NCBI GenBank assembly: GCA_024711065.1
Contig: JANJTN010000128.1
Location: forward strand, 1-51,484
Direction: 5' to 3'
Length of the DNA stretch: 51,484 nucleotides
Source: a bacterium
Lineage (GTDB): Bacteria > Bacteroidota > Ignavibacteria > Kapaibacteriales > Kapaibacteriaceae
Shown here: one piece after another, positions 20,121-28,646 of the stretch
Layout of the letters: the number at the start of each line of letters is the position of its first letter
How positions within the stretch are numbered: position 1 is the first letter of the stretch
Program-made: the position numbers and the translations under genes
Notes under the pieces: model-generated
Databases searched by the model: none
Told to the model about the DNA's origin: nothing
What the model saw: only the letters and a program-made list of their open reading frames with translations

Positions 20121-22400
20121 CTAGAATCGGATCACGGGCCGACTGATCACGCCACGCTCATGCCGAGCCGTGATCACATAGGTTCCGGGCACCACATTCG
20201 ATAGATCCACCGCTACCTCCGTCTGGCCCTCGTCAAGGGTCCGCCGAAACAGCGTCCGGCCATGCATGTCCATGACCGACAAGGAGTTCCAGAGCGGCCC
20301 CACCGGCAGAGAGACCGTGGCCAGTTCCGCAGCGGGATGTGGGAACACTCCGATCGGTGCCAGATCTGCGGCCTCCGATGGTACCGACGTTACCCCGGTT
20401 ACCACACCGCGCACGATCCTGCGGTCTTCCCGCATGGCAAAGCCGGCGGCTCCACCAAACGACCACGGCAGTGCTACGGTACTGGCGAATCGGCCAACGG
20501 TCTGCGGCTCCAACGCCAGGGTTACCTCGATCGCGTCCAACGGGCCCCCTTCAAATGGAAGCGGACTCGTGCTGGTCACGGCAAACGGGGCACTCGGACC
20601 ATGAATGGTGTGGAGCTCCAGCGCCGTGTTCCAGGTCTGGTGCCGGAACATCACGTCCCGCTCCACGCGCTCGCCAACAACGGCCTGACCCAAGTCGACC
20701 ACGTGCTCGAATGCGTCGGATCGAACTTCGGCAACCACCGGTAGGAGTTGAACGCCCCGTGCCGTATGGATCTCGAGCTGCACATGATACACGCCGGCCG
20801 CCATCGGCTCGAATACGACCGTCAACGGCAGCGTTTCGCCCGGAGCCAGCGTCACGGGGAATTCGGGCATGTCCGTAATGGCGAACGCGATCAGGTCGCT
20901 ACCCGTGATCTCTATCCGCTCTACCTGACGCGCCTCGGATGCGTTGTTGACCATCACGTCGAATGCCTGCTCCACGATCTCGGTGGTAACCACGTTGCCC
21001 AGGTCCAGCACGGGCTGCGCCAACGTAAGGTCGCCGTTGCCGGCAGGCTGCTGGCCGGTAGAACTGACCAGCACCTCAGCCGTGGTTCCGTCCGTGAACA
21101 CCACCTGCAACACACCCCACTGGTTGCCCACAGACTGTGGACCGTGAACGATCTGCACGGCCAGTTCCCCACCTGGGGCAACGATGGATCCGATCGTAGG
21201 CTGCTGCACCATGCAGCCACTCATGTCGTGTAGCACCACAGAAGCCACGGTAAGGGGCTCGTCGGTCGCATTCCGGAACACCTGGTCGAATCGTCGATCC
21301 ACGAACGAGGTCACGTCCGACGTGCCCAACGGCAGATGTTTGCGCAGCAGGTCCACCCCGCCACGAGGCAGCGTGCGATCGTACCACCGGCGATATGAGT
21401 TCTGTTCGAAACCCACAGCGATCACGCGATCCCCACCCCGGGCGATCCGCACCACAGCGCCTTCCGTATCCGAGATATCACGCACACCCCAGTTGGTACC
21501 GGCGTCTCGACTATGGAACTCAGAAGCCACAACGATGGGCTCGGGGTCGGCATCCAGCACACGCAAACCAACGGCGATCAGGTCCGGTCCATCGGCACGA
21601 ATAATGTCGGTGACCAGCATCAGTTCCGGATGCTCTTCGAACACCCACGACGTCCCCTCGTCCATACTGCGAAAGACACCCGCAGTACCATCGCCAAGTT
21701 GTACGCCCGTTGCGACCCACTGCAGACTCGTACCCGCGATCGCACTCACGTTGAAATCGAACGAGCCCCCTAACGATTCATCCCACGTGATTCCGGCGTC
21801 GCGCGAGACCAGCACGATCGGAGAGCCGCTACCTTCCTGACGATGGGCTCCGCCGAAGACCACGGCCGTGGTAATACTCATGAACTGAGCGCCATTGATG
21901 GTGACCGGCACGTTCACGGTGGTCTGCAGACGTACAAAGTTCTGTCCGCCGTCGGCGGATCGGAGGATCAGGGGACGCTGGAACTCGTCCATTCCAGCCA
22001 CCAGTATGATGCCGTTGGCAATATCGACACCGGTGAGTGTCCATTGCGCATGCAGTTGCTGGGCAAGCGGTGTGGCTCCTGGTTGATATCGGACCATCCA
22101 GCCATCCGCACCCACAGCTACCACCATGTTCATGGACACATCGGCGGTAACGGCGTTCAGCGTTGCATCGCTCACGCCGGCATCAAGCCGGTTCCACACC
22201 CGTCCGCCGTCCATCGACTCAAAGAACAAGCCCCCTACCCCGACCGTCCAGAATCGATAGCTATCCAGGGCTGCAACGTCCAGCAAGCGCCCACCGGGAG
22301 GCATGGCAACGGCAGACCACGGTCGGTCTGCCACCTGGGCCGTGCCTCCGGCCAGACTGGCCAGCACCAGGGTCATGATCAGGAATCCTTTGCGTATCAT
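20121..22400 (-). CDS. Secreted T9SS cargo: BNR/Ycf48-like beta-propeller + Ig-like (ASH/choice-of-anchor D-like) repeats + type A CTD
   Basis: Signal peptide MIRKGFLIMTLVLASLAGGTA|Q; Asp-boxes SMDGGRVW, SADGGQNF, SRDAGITW, SMDEGTSW, SRDAGTNW; LAPGE..L.V.F.P motifs; C-terminal VFPHPA...DMHGR...LSNVVPGTYVI. The longer ORF-track start (22847) overlaps the divergent gene. Confidence 0.8.
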   Translation of the reverse strand: MIRKGFLIMTLVLASLAGGTAQVADRPWSAVAMPPGGRLLDVAALDSYRFWTVGVGGLFFESMDGGRVWNRLDAGVSDATLNAVTADVSMNMVVAVGADGWMVRYQPGATPLAQQLHAQWTLTGVDIANGIILVAGMDEFQRPLILRSADGGQNFVRLQTTVNVPVTINGAQFMSITTAVVFGGAHRQEGSGSPIVLVSRDAGITWDESLGGSFDFNVSAIAGTSLQWVATGVQLGDGTAGVFRSMDEGTSWVFEEHPELMLVTDIIRADGPDLIAVGLRVLDADPEPIVVASEFHSRDAGTNWGVRDISDTEGAVVRIARGGDRVIAVGFEQNSYRRWYDRTLPRGGVDLLRKHLPLGTSDVTSFVDRRFDQVFRNATDEPLTVASVVLHDMSGCMVQQPTIGSIVAPGGELAVQIVHGPQSVGNQWGVLQVVFTDGTTAEVLVSSTGQQPAGNGDLTLAQPVLDLGNVVTTEIVEQAFDVMVNNASEARQVERIEITGSDLIAFAITDMPEFPVTLAPGETLPLTVVFEPMAAGVYHVQLEIHTARGVQLLPVVAEVRSDAFEHVVDLGQAVVGERVERDVMFRHQTWNTALELHTIHGPSAPFAVTSTSPLPFEGGPLDAIEVTLALEPQTVGRFASTVALPWSFGGAAGFAMREDRRIVRGVVTGVTSVPSEAADLAPIGVFPHPAAELATVSLPVGPLWNSLSVMDMHGRTLFRRTLDEGQTEVAVDLSNVVPGTYVITARHERGVISRPVIRF

Positions 22401-22514
22401 TTTCGTACTCCGTGCTTCTGTGTAATGAGGTGTGATTGAACGAGCGTCGATCGACGCACGGAGCTCCCAAAGGTTCATCCACATCTTCACGTATTCTTCG
22501 AAGTCGAACACCCT

Positions 22515-24035
22515 ATGCCGGCACATACAAAGGATGACCTCCGCCGTCTGATCCACTCGCTGGACCGCACCGAAGTGGGCTACGTCAAGAAGTACTGGTC
22601 GCGATACAGCAGCGATCCGGACCAGGATTACGTGATCCTGTTTGACGTCATTCGGGGGCTGGACGACCCCTCGCCGCAGACCCTGAAAGAGGCTGTAAGG
22701 GGCTTCCCGTGGGCACACCGCTTGTCGTCCGTCAAGAACTACTGCATGCAGCGGCTCCTGGATGCACTTCGTGCCTACTCGATGTCCAGCACACCGGCTC
22801 GACGGATCCAGGAACTGCTGGATGATGCCGATCTTCTGTTGGACCACGGGCTGTATACCGAAGCGGAAAAGCGTGCATCGAAAGCATTGGCGCTGGCGGC
22901 AGCTCTTGAAGTGTTCATCCCATGGCTCCGAGCCCTGGCCTGGCTGAAGCGATTTCGGCAGCTGGTACGCAATGCCTATGAGGACTCACCCCGCAACCCC
23001 GATCTGAATGCCGAGCAACGGCGCGTTCTGCAGCTGTATCATAACAGCCTGGACTACGAGGAAATGGGCAATGCCATGCACAAACACCTTGTCCGGTCCA
23101 GTGCTGGCGATCGCGTCTCGGCGAAGTGGCTGGACACCATCCTCGACGCGCCGCTGCTGCAGTCTCCAGACCAGGCTCTGAGCCACTCTGCTGCCGCAAA
23201 CTTCTACCTGTTGCGCTGCAACTGGTACCGTATGCACAAGGTGGACGCGGAATCGGCGTTCGCCGAAGCATCAGCGCTGGAGACTCTACGTCGATCAGAG
23301 CCGGAGTTCTTCGCCGCACGCACCGAGCTGAACGAGACTTCGTGGTATACCTACCTGTTCTGTGCGCTGGAGGCCAGGCGTCCGGACGTGTATCTGCAGG
23401 ATGCCGACGCGTTCTACGCGTGGACAAACGCGGTTCGGATCGAACGCACGATCACACGAGCAACACGATCCTGGATGCTGGAGTCCAACTACGCCCTGTA
23501 CGAGCAGTCCTACGATCGCCTGCTGCAGATAGAACCGAGCCTGCGCTACTTCTACCGTCATCAAGGCGAGCAGATCACTCCACACAACCGGGTGGTTCTG
23601 GTATTCACCATGGTGCGCGCCGGCGTGGAGTGTGCGGCGGACGCCATGCGTGTTTACTGGACGCGAGAACTCATGGATCTGGACGATGCTGTTCGTCCGG
23701 ATCTGCATGCAGCAGCCATGTTGTACGACCTGATGCATGCCGTTGAGGCCAACGACACCGAGTTCCTGCGCTCGCGAACACGCAGTCTGCAGCGGTATGC
23801 CCGCAAGCACCTCGGAGCGTCGGCACTGCTTGAGCGTACATTATCCTTCTTTCGCCGCGTTCCGGACAGCACGCCGAACAAGGTCCGCCAGATGGGCAGA
23901 GAGATGGCCGCGGCATTTCGGAGCGCTCCTCCACTCCCCATGTTCGACCCCGTTGGAACGTCGGCGATCTCCCGCTGGTTCGAAACCCGCTATGCAGCGG
24001 CGTCCGAAAACGCTGGCGATCCGGCCTCCAGATAG
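22515..24035 (+). CDS. Conserved hypothetical all-alpha (TPR-like) cytoplasmic protein
   Basis: 506 aa, no signal peptide. N-terminus DDLRRLIHSLDRTEVGYVKK..YVILFDVI..LSSVKNY..LLDAL resembles a common uncharacterised Bacteroidota family; helical-repeat character follows. Confidence 0.75.
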   Translation: MPAHTKDDLRRLIHSLDRTEVGYVKKYWSRYSSDPDQDYVILFDVIRGLDDPSPQTLKEAVRGFPWAHRLSSVKNYCMQRLLDALRAYSMSSTPARRIQELLDDADLLLDHGLYTEAEKRASKALALAAALEVFIPWLRALAWLKRFRQLVRNAYEDSPRNPDLNAEQRRVLQLYHNSLDYEEMGNAMHKHLVRSSAGDRVSAKWLDTILDAPLLQSPDQALSHSAAANFYLLRCNWYRMHKVDAESAFAEASALETLRRSEPEFFAARTELNETSWYTYLFCALEARRPDVYLQDADAFYAWTNAVRIERTITRATRSWMLESNYALYEQSYDRLLQIEPSLRYFYRHQGEQITPHNRVVLVFTMVRAGVECAADAMRVYWTRELMDLDDAVRPDLHAAAMLYDLMHAVEANDTEFLRSRTRSLQRYARKHLGASALLERTLSFFRRVPDSTPNKVRQMGREMAAAFRSAPPLPMFDPVGTSAISRWFETRYAAASENAGDPASR

Positions 24036-24802
24036 CGCTCTACCATGCTGTGGATCCGCTGCGCATCCTCGCCGCGTTCCCGCATCGATGCCAGGGTGGT
24101 CGAACCGGCGGACTTCGCCAGTTTTTCCCCGGCTTCGTCCAGCAGCAGCGGATGATGGTGCACAACGATCCTGTTGAAGGGGGCTAGCCACGCGCTTCGA
24201 TTGGCCAAGACGCCTTGCGTGCGCGTTGCGGACAGCAGGTCTGCCCCACGCACAATGTGCGTGATGCCGTGATCGACGTCGTCCACCACACTCACCAGCA
24301 TATAGGCCGGCGCATTGTTCTTCTGCTTGATGATCGGGAACGGCACGGCAGCGTCAGCAGCATGCAAACGCCAGGCGATGTCCGGCGCACCGAACGGAAG
24401 CCCCTTCCCAACACACGTACCGGGATAGGTCAGATCTGGCGATGCATCGCGGATCTCCTTGCGCGTGCACATGCAGGCGAACAGCTCCCCTGCCGTTCGC
24501 AGATCGTCGATCACGGAACGATAGCGATCGTAGCGCAGACGTTGCGACCAGTTGGCATGGAAGTCGTCCGGTCCCGTTGGCCCTACGTCCCAATCCACAC
24601 CCAGCCACTCCAACGACCGGAAGATGTCCTCCACGAACGGCGCATGCACCTTCTCTTGGTCGGCATCATCAATGCGGAGGCGGACCGAGCCCCCTGCCAT
24701 CCGTGCCAGCTTCCAGGTAAGGATAAAGTTGAAGGCGTTGCCAAGGTGCAGAAAGCCGGAGGGCGTAGGGGCAAGACGTGTATGGAAAGGGGCTGTGGAC
24801 AT
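23990..24802 (-). CDS. gluQ: Glutamyl-Q tRNA(Asp) synthetase-like protein (GluQ/YadB; GluRS catalytic domain only)
   Basis: TRLAPTPSGFLHLGN (HIGH), LRIDD, CMC..YPGTC Zn site, VVDD..GITHIVRGADL, KLAKS (KMSKS); 270 aa, no anticodon-binding domain. Confidence 0.8.
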   Translation of the reverse strand: MSTAPFHTRLAPTPSGFLHLGNAFNFILTWKLARMAGGSVRLRIDDADQEKVHAPFVEDIFRSLEWLGVDWDVGPTGPDDFHANWSQRLRYDRYRSVIDDLRTAGELFACMCTRKEIRDASPDLTYPGTCVGKGLPFGAPDIAWRLHAADAAVPFPIIKQKNNAPAYMLVSVVDDVDHGITHIVRGADLLSATRTQGVLANRSAWLAPFNRIVVHHHPLLLDEAGEKLAKSAGSTTLASMRERGEDAQRIHSMVERYLEAGSPAFSDAAA

Positions 24803-24826
24803 GCGGCAAACTTCGGGAGAAACGAA

Positions 24827-24854
24827 CAAGGGACGTCCGGATGGACGCCCCTTG
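24827..24854 (-). terminator. Terminator hairpin after the 24888-25886 gene, related to the 26-bp repeat
   Basis: Minus strand CAAGGGGCGTCC-ATCC-GGACGTCCCTTG followed by TTCGTTTCT. Confidence 0.7.
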
Positions 24855-24887
24855 CGTGTTGGCCACATGAGAACAGTCGTGCGTCTC

Positions 24888-25886
24888 TTAGCGGATCACC
24901 ATCAGTGGTGTGGTCTGGATGCGATTGCCTTGTTGCACGAGCATCGTGTACCGTCCAGGTGCCAGTGTGGAGACCGACAACTGCAGCTGGCCTCCGTCCA
25001 CGTTGTTCTGTTCCAGTACGGCTTGTCCGGCAAGGTCGAACACACGGATCGTTGCCGGATCGGTAGAACGGAGTTGAATGCCTACGTGCGTTACCGCCGG
25101 GTTCGGAGCAACTGCCGATCCGAGGAGCTCGCTTTCCTGGACCGATGCTGTGGAGCCGATCTGGATCTCGAAGGATTCGAGTGGACGGATGCCCCATTCC
25201 TGGAAGGCTTCTGCTCTCTCATCATCCAGCGACCAGGCACGGATCTTTACAGCTACCGGCTCGTCGAGAGACTCCGGAACATTCCAGGTGACCGTACCCG
25301 TCTGGGCGTCGATGCTGAGACCTTCCGGACCGCTGACGAGTTCGTACCGCACGAATCCCTGCACTCGAGCACTGCGATGGCGAGCAAAGGCCATATAGAC
25401 GTAGTTCTTACCTGGCTCGATCACCGTGACCGGCGTGGAGACGAACGTCAGGATCGGATCAAGAATGTCCACGCAGTAGGAGCCGGGAGCGAACACCATA
25501 CATCGTGGTGACGGATCGCCAACCTTCGCTCCGTCTCGGCCGACCACATAGTAGTAGTACGCGCCGCGGGTCACACCCTTATCGACAAACGTGATGTCAA
25601 CGTCGGTCGGATCGAGCGCCACCGAACCGGCGAGGTCGTACTCGGCCAAGGCACGATCCTGACCGACCGGACAACGGTAGACATCAAAACTCTTTGCTGC
25701 AGGGTGCTGATCATCAACCACGCCGTGCAGCCAGTTCAAGGTAACGTCATACTGATCTCCGCCATCGATCTGGACCAGATGCGTGCTACGCAGCCAGGAT
25801 GCTGGGGAAGGGGCTTGCGCCCATGCTTGTTGTGCGAATCCGAGTGCCATGAACACCGGCACAAGGATCAAGAACCATCGATTCAT
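24888..25886 (-). CDS. Secreted T9SS cargo with FN3-like and putative Ig (He_PIG/cadherin-like) domains
   Basis: GGAGG RBS before ATG 25886; signal peptide ..FAQQAWA|Q; FDVYR..TFVDKGV..YYYYVVG (FN3-like); GPEGLSIDAQTGTVTW (Ig-like); C-terminal VAPNPA..FDLAGQ..LAPGRY (CTD). Confidence 0.8.
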   Translation of the reverse strand: MNRWFLILVPVFMALGFAQQAWAQAPSPASWLRSTHLVQIDGGDQYDVTLNWLHGVVDDQHPAAKSFDVYRCPVGQDRALAEYDLAGSVALDPTDVDITFVDKGVTRGAYYYYVVGRDGAKVGDPSPRCMVFAPGSYCVDILDPILTFVSTPVTVIEPGKNYVYMAFARHRSARVQGFVRYELVSGPEGLSIDAQTGTVTWNVPESLDEPVAVKIRAWSLDDERAEAFQEWGIRPLESFEIQIGSTASVQESELLGSAVAPNPAVTHVGIQLRSTDPATIRVFDLAGQAVLEQNNVDGGQLQLSVSTLAPGRYTMLVQQGNRIQTTPLMVIR

Positions 25887-25950
25887 ACGAACCTCCGTTA
25901 GGAAATAGTGGGACAGGGTTTGCATTCACGTGTCTGCGTTTGTGGTACTG

Positions 25951-25978
25951 AGATGCAGCGGAGGTACACGATGTCTCA
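25951..25978 (-). promoter_or_regulatory. Candidate ECF promoter, copy facing the T9SS gene
   Basis: Minus strand TGAGACATC-gtgtacctcc-GCTGCATCT. Confidence 0.65.
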
Positions 25979-26013
25979 GACTACGGAAAAAATATGCCGA
26001 CTGCCAATCAGCG

Positions 26014-26041
26014 TGAGACATCCGCCTCGATTGCTGCATCT
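26014..26041 (+). promoter_or_regulatory. Candidate ECF promoter, autoregulatory copy facing the sigma gene
   Basis: Plus strand TGAGACATC-cgcctcgatt-GCTGCATCT, ending 11 nt before the sigma ATG. Confidence 0.65.
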
Positions 26042-26052
26042 ATCACGAGATC

Positions 26053-26610
26053 ATGCACGCCTTTCACCACCACAACGATGAAGAACTCTTTTCGTTGATC
26101 GCGACAGCCGATGGACTGGCCGCCTTCCGCACCTTGTACGAACGCTATAGAGTGCGATTGTTCAGCTACTGTCTTCATGTGCTGGCAAATCGCGACGATG
26201 CCGACGACGCTTTTCAGGAGTGTTGGCTTCATCTCCATAGCAAGGCTCGAGACGGAGCAGCCAACGTGGAGAACGTTCGGAGCTACCTCTTTCGGGCGGC
26301 ACATAATGCGTGCCTGATGCACGTACGAAAGAACCACAGGCAGATGGTGAGCATCGACGACGTTGAACTTCCGCAACTCAACGGGGATCCGTCTCGGCAG
26401 CTGGAGCTCCAGGAACTCATCCAGCTTGGGCTCTCTACACTAGACCCATCCGCTCGTGAGGCTTTTGTCCTGCATGAGGTGGAAGGGTTCTCTTACGAAG
26501 AGATGAGCGATCTCCTTGGAGAGTCCGTGAACGCACTACGCAACAAGGTCTGGCGCGCCAGACAGCAGATACGAACAATACTGACACCATACATTGGTGA
26601 ATCACGATGA
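26053..26610 (+). CDS. ECF sigma-70 factor
   Basis: Region 2: AFRTLYERY..LFSY...DADDAFQECWL..SYLFRAAHN; region 4: REAFVLHEVEGFSYEEMSDLLG....RARQQIR. Confidence 0.93.
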   Translation: MHAFHHHNDEELFSLIATADGLAAFRTLYERYRVRLFSYCLHVLANRDDADDAFQECWLHLHSKARDGAANVENVRSYLFRAAHNACLMHVRKNHRQMVSIDDVELPQLNGDPSRQLELQELIQLGLSTLDPSAREAFVLHEVEGFSYEEMSDLLGESVNALRNKVWRARQQIRTILTPYIGESR

Positions 26611-27770
26611 CACAGCACTTTGAAGACATGTTAAATGCGTTCCTCGACGGTACGCTCTCCGACGTTGACGAAAGCGTTCTGTTCGGCATGATGGAGCGCG
26701 ATTCGTTGCTGCGCGAGGAGTTCGTGACAGCCGTACGAACGCATCATGCGTCTCCACTTCTTGGCGAGGCTTCGGCCCCCTCCGCCTCAACAACCGAATG
26801 GATCTTTGCAGATGTTGCCCGGTCACGGTCAGCTGTCGCCTCCGGCTGGTCGTTCGGCGGTCCCATCCTCCTTTCGATCGGAGCGTTGATGGTCGCTGGA
26901 CTCGTCTTCGTCGGTGGGATCGAGTGGGAGCGCCACTTCAACACGCATCTGGATCCGGTGAGCGTCAAGCCCAACACCGGAACATCCGCACGGCTTGGAG
27001 CCACTAACGCAATTCCTCCGGCCACCACGAGTTCGTCCGTTGAGGTCAGTCGACCAGGGCCAGCAAGGATGAACGATGCTTTCATGCATCAGGACTTCCG
27101 AGAAGGCACGGCATCCTATGGACGACACCATGCCGATCGACCTCCCCTGCAGACCCCGCAGATGATCACCCGGATGGAGTCCCAGCAGCATTCACCGACA
27201 GTACTCGCAGAGCAGCCACGGGCACGTGGGACGACGTTGACGCCATTGACCACGCTGGTCAATAGCTCAATTGTGCAAAGAACGTCCGCGCCAATGCAGC
27301 TCCACGTGAGGACGCTACAAGCCATCAGCGCCTCTTCCTCCAAGGTTCCTACGAACGACCAGACAGGACTGAACAACCTGGCCGTGGATGCGTTTTACTC
27401 CATCTCGGATGGCGTGGCAGTTGGCTTCGAAGTGGGGCGTCAGTCCTTCCTGCAGGAGTACCAGCAGACCGCGGGTGGAGTAACGGAAATGGTCCGGCAA
27501 AACCCTGCCCTCTTCTGGGTGGGGCCAACGGTTCGGTACACATTTCAGGATGCCCTTGCTGATGGTCTGTCGCCGTTCGGCCAGCTCGTTGCAGGCATCA
27601 GTGATGGTGGCATGATCGGTCGAGCCCTCCTCGGAGTGGCGTGGTGTCCAGACGACCGCTTCTCGTTCACGGCTGGCATGGAAGCCGGCAACCTGTGGTA
27701 CTCGGCGAACGGCTCTCCACAAACGTCAATGCAGGTGAACTGGTCTATCGGAATGGGGCTGGCATGGTGA
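26607..27770 (+). CDS. Putative anti-sigma factor with TM helix, disordered linker and C-terminal outer-membrane beta-barrel
   Basis: ATGA-coupled to the sigma gene; N-terminal LNAFLDGTLS..E (anti-sigma-domain-like); TM PILLSIGALMVAGLVFVGGI; Pro/Ser/Thr-rich linker; amphipathic beta-strands ending NWSIGMGLAW. Confidence 0.7.
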   Translation: MTQHFEDMLNAFLDGTLSDVDESVLFGMMERDSLLREEFVTAVRTHHASPLLGEASAPSASTTEWIFADVARSRSAVASGWSFGGPILLSIGALMVAGLVFVGGIEWERHFNTHLDPVSVKPNTGTSARLGATNAIPPATTSSSVEVSRPGPARMNDAFMHQDFREGTASYGRHHADRPPLQTPQMITRMESQQHSPTVLAEQPRARGTTLTPLTTLVNSSIVQRTSAPMQLHVRTLQAISASSSKVPTNDQTGLNNLAVDAFYSISDGVAVGFEVGRQSFLQEYQQTAGGVTEMVRQNPALFWVGPTVRYTFQDALADGLSPFGQLVAGISDGGMIGRALLGVAWCPDDRFSFTAGMEAGNLWYSANGSPQTSMQVNWSIGMGLAW

Positions 27771-28609
27771 ACCGGTACATACTGATCCTTGCCGCCGGGA
27801 TCTCGCTCTCGTTGATCGGGTGCACCGATGCTGCACTGATCGACACGCCTAGGATGTTCGACACCGTAGGCGTTGACCGTACGGTGTTGCAGACCGTGGA
27901 GGTGATCGGCCGCACGGACGCCATTGTCCTTGTCAATGGATCCGCCTCCACATGCAACATAGCACCAGGGTCCCGCTGTACCATGATCGAATACTCGGAC
28001 GGCTCGGTAGGCTTCAGTGCCGATATCATCCTTGAGAACGGATCTGACCGACCGACCCTGGCGGTTGATGTTCAACGCTGTGCATTTCGATGCGCTCCCG
28101 TGGATATCGACTCGGCTGCGGTGAGCGTCTCTGCTCCATACGGTCCGGCGGAGACGGGAGGTACGGCAACCCTGTTCCATACAATAACAGATGCAGTGGA
28201 CTACGTCGACTCAATGCGTGTGAGCACCACCGTCAGACGGCAGACGCTGTCGGAGCAGAAGACCCTTGAAGATCTGGACATCACGCGGCGCTACAACGGC
28301 TTTGATGTGAGCGATGATACCGTTCGGGTACCCTTCGACGTCTTTGGGCTGCGCAGCACCGAACTCTCCGTCGACACCTCGTATGCGATCAGGATCCGAC
28401 ATCTCGGCAACCGTTCCGAGGTCGCCAGCACCGTATTGGAGCCCCCTACCTATAGCGGAGACCCTCTCTCCGCGACCATTTCCGCAGACGGACAAGGCGC
28501 AACGGCCACGCTTCGGTTCGTGGTCGAAGCAACGGATAATCCCGCACTACAGGGGCTATTGGGGCTTGGTGGTACGGTCGTGATCCAACTCGTGATCACG
28601 CTGGACTGA
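27764..28609 (+). CDS. Hypothetical lipoprotein
   Basis: MVNRYILILAAGISLSLIG|C lipobox; start overlaps the stop of the upstream gene; beta-rich mature part. Confidence 0.75.
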   Translation: MVNRYILILAAGISLSLIGCTDAALIDTPRMFDTVGVDRTVLQTVEVIGRTDAIVLVNGSASTCNIAPGSRCTMIEYSDGSVGFSADIILENGSDRPTLAVDVQRCAFRCAPVDIDSAAVSVSAPYGPAETGGTATLFHTITDAVDYVDSMRVSTTVRRQTLSEQKTLEDLDITRRYNGFDVSDDTVRVPFDVFGLRSTELSVDTSYAIRIRHLGNRSEVASTVLEPPTYSGDPLSATISADGQGATATLRFVVEATDNPALQGLLGLGGTVVIQLVITLD

Positions 28610-28620
28610 GCGCACAACGA

Positions 28621-28646
28621 AAAGGGGCATCCATTCGGACGCCCCT
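28621..28646. repeat. 26-bp direct repeat, left copy (terminator hairpin)
   Basis: AAAGGGGCATCCATTCGGACGCCCCT, identical to 32091-32116; overlaps the TAG stop (28645-28647) of the 876-aa gene. Confidence 0.92.

Noticed and set aside
22401-22847. 149-aa N-terminal extension of the 908-aa ORF
   Set aside because: It overlaps the divergent 506-aa gene, and a clear signal peptide begins at ATG 22400.
23990-24035. 46-bp convergent overlap between gluQ-like and the 506-aa gene
   Set aside because: Short tail-to-tail overlaps of non-conserved C-termini are common in compact GC-rich genomes.
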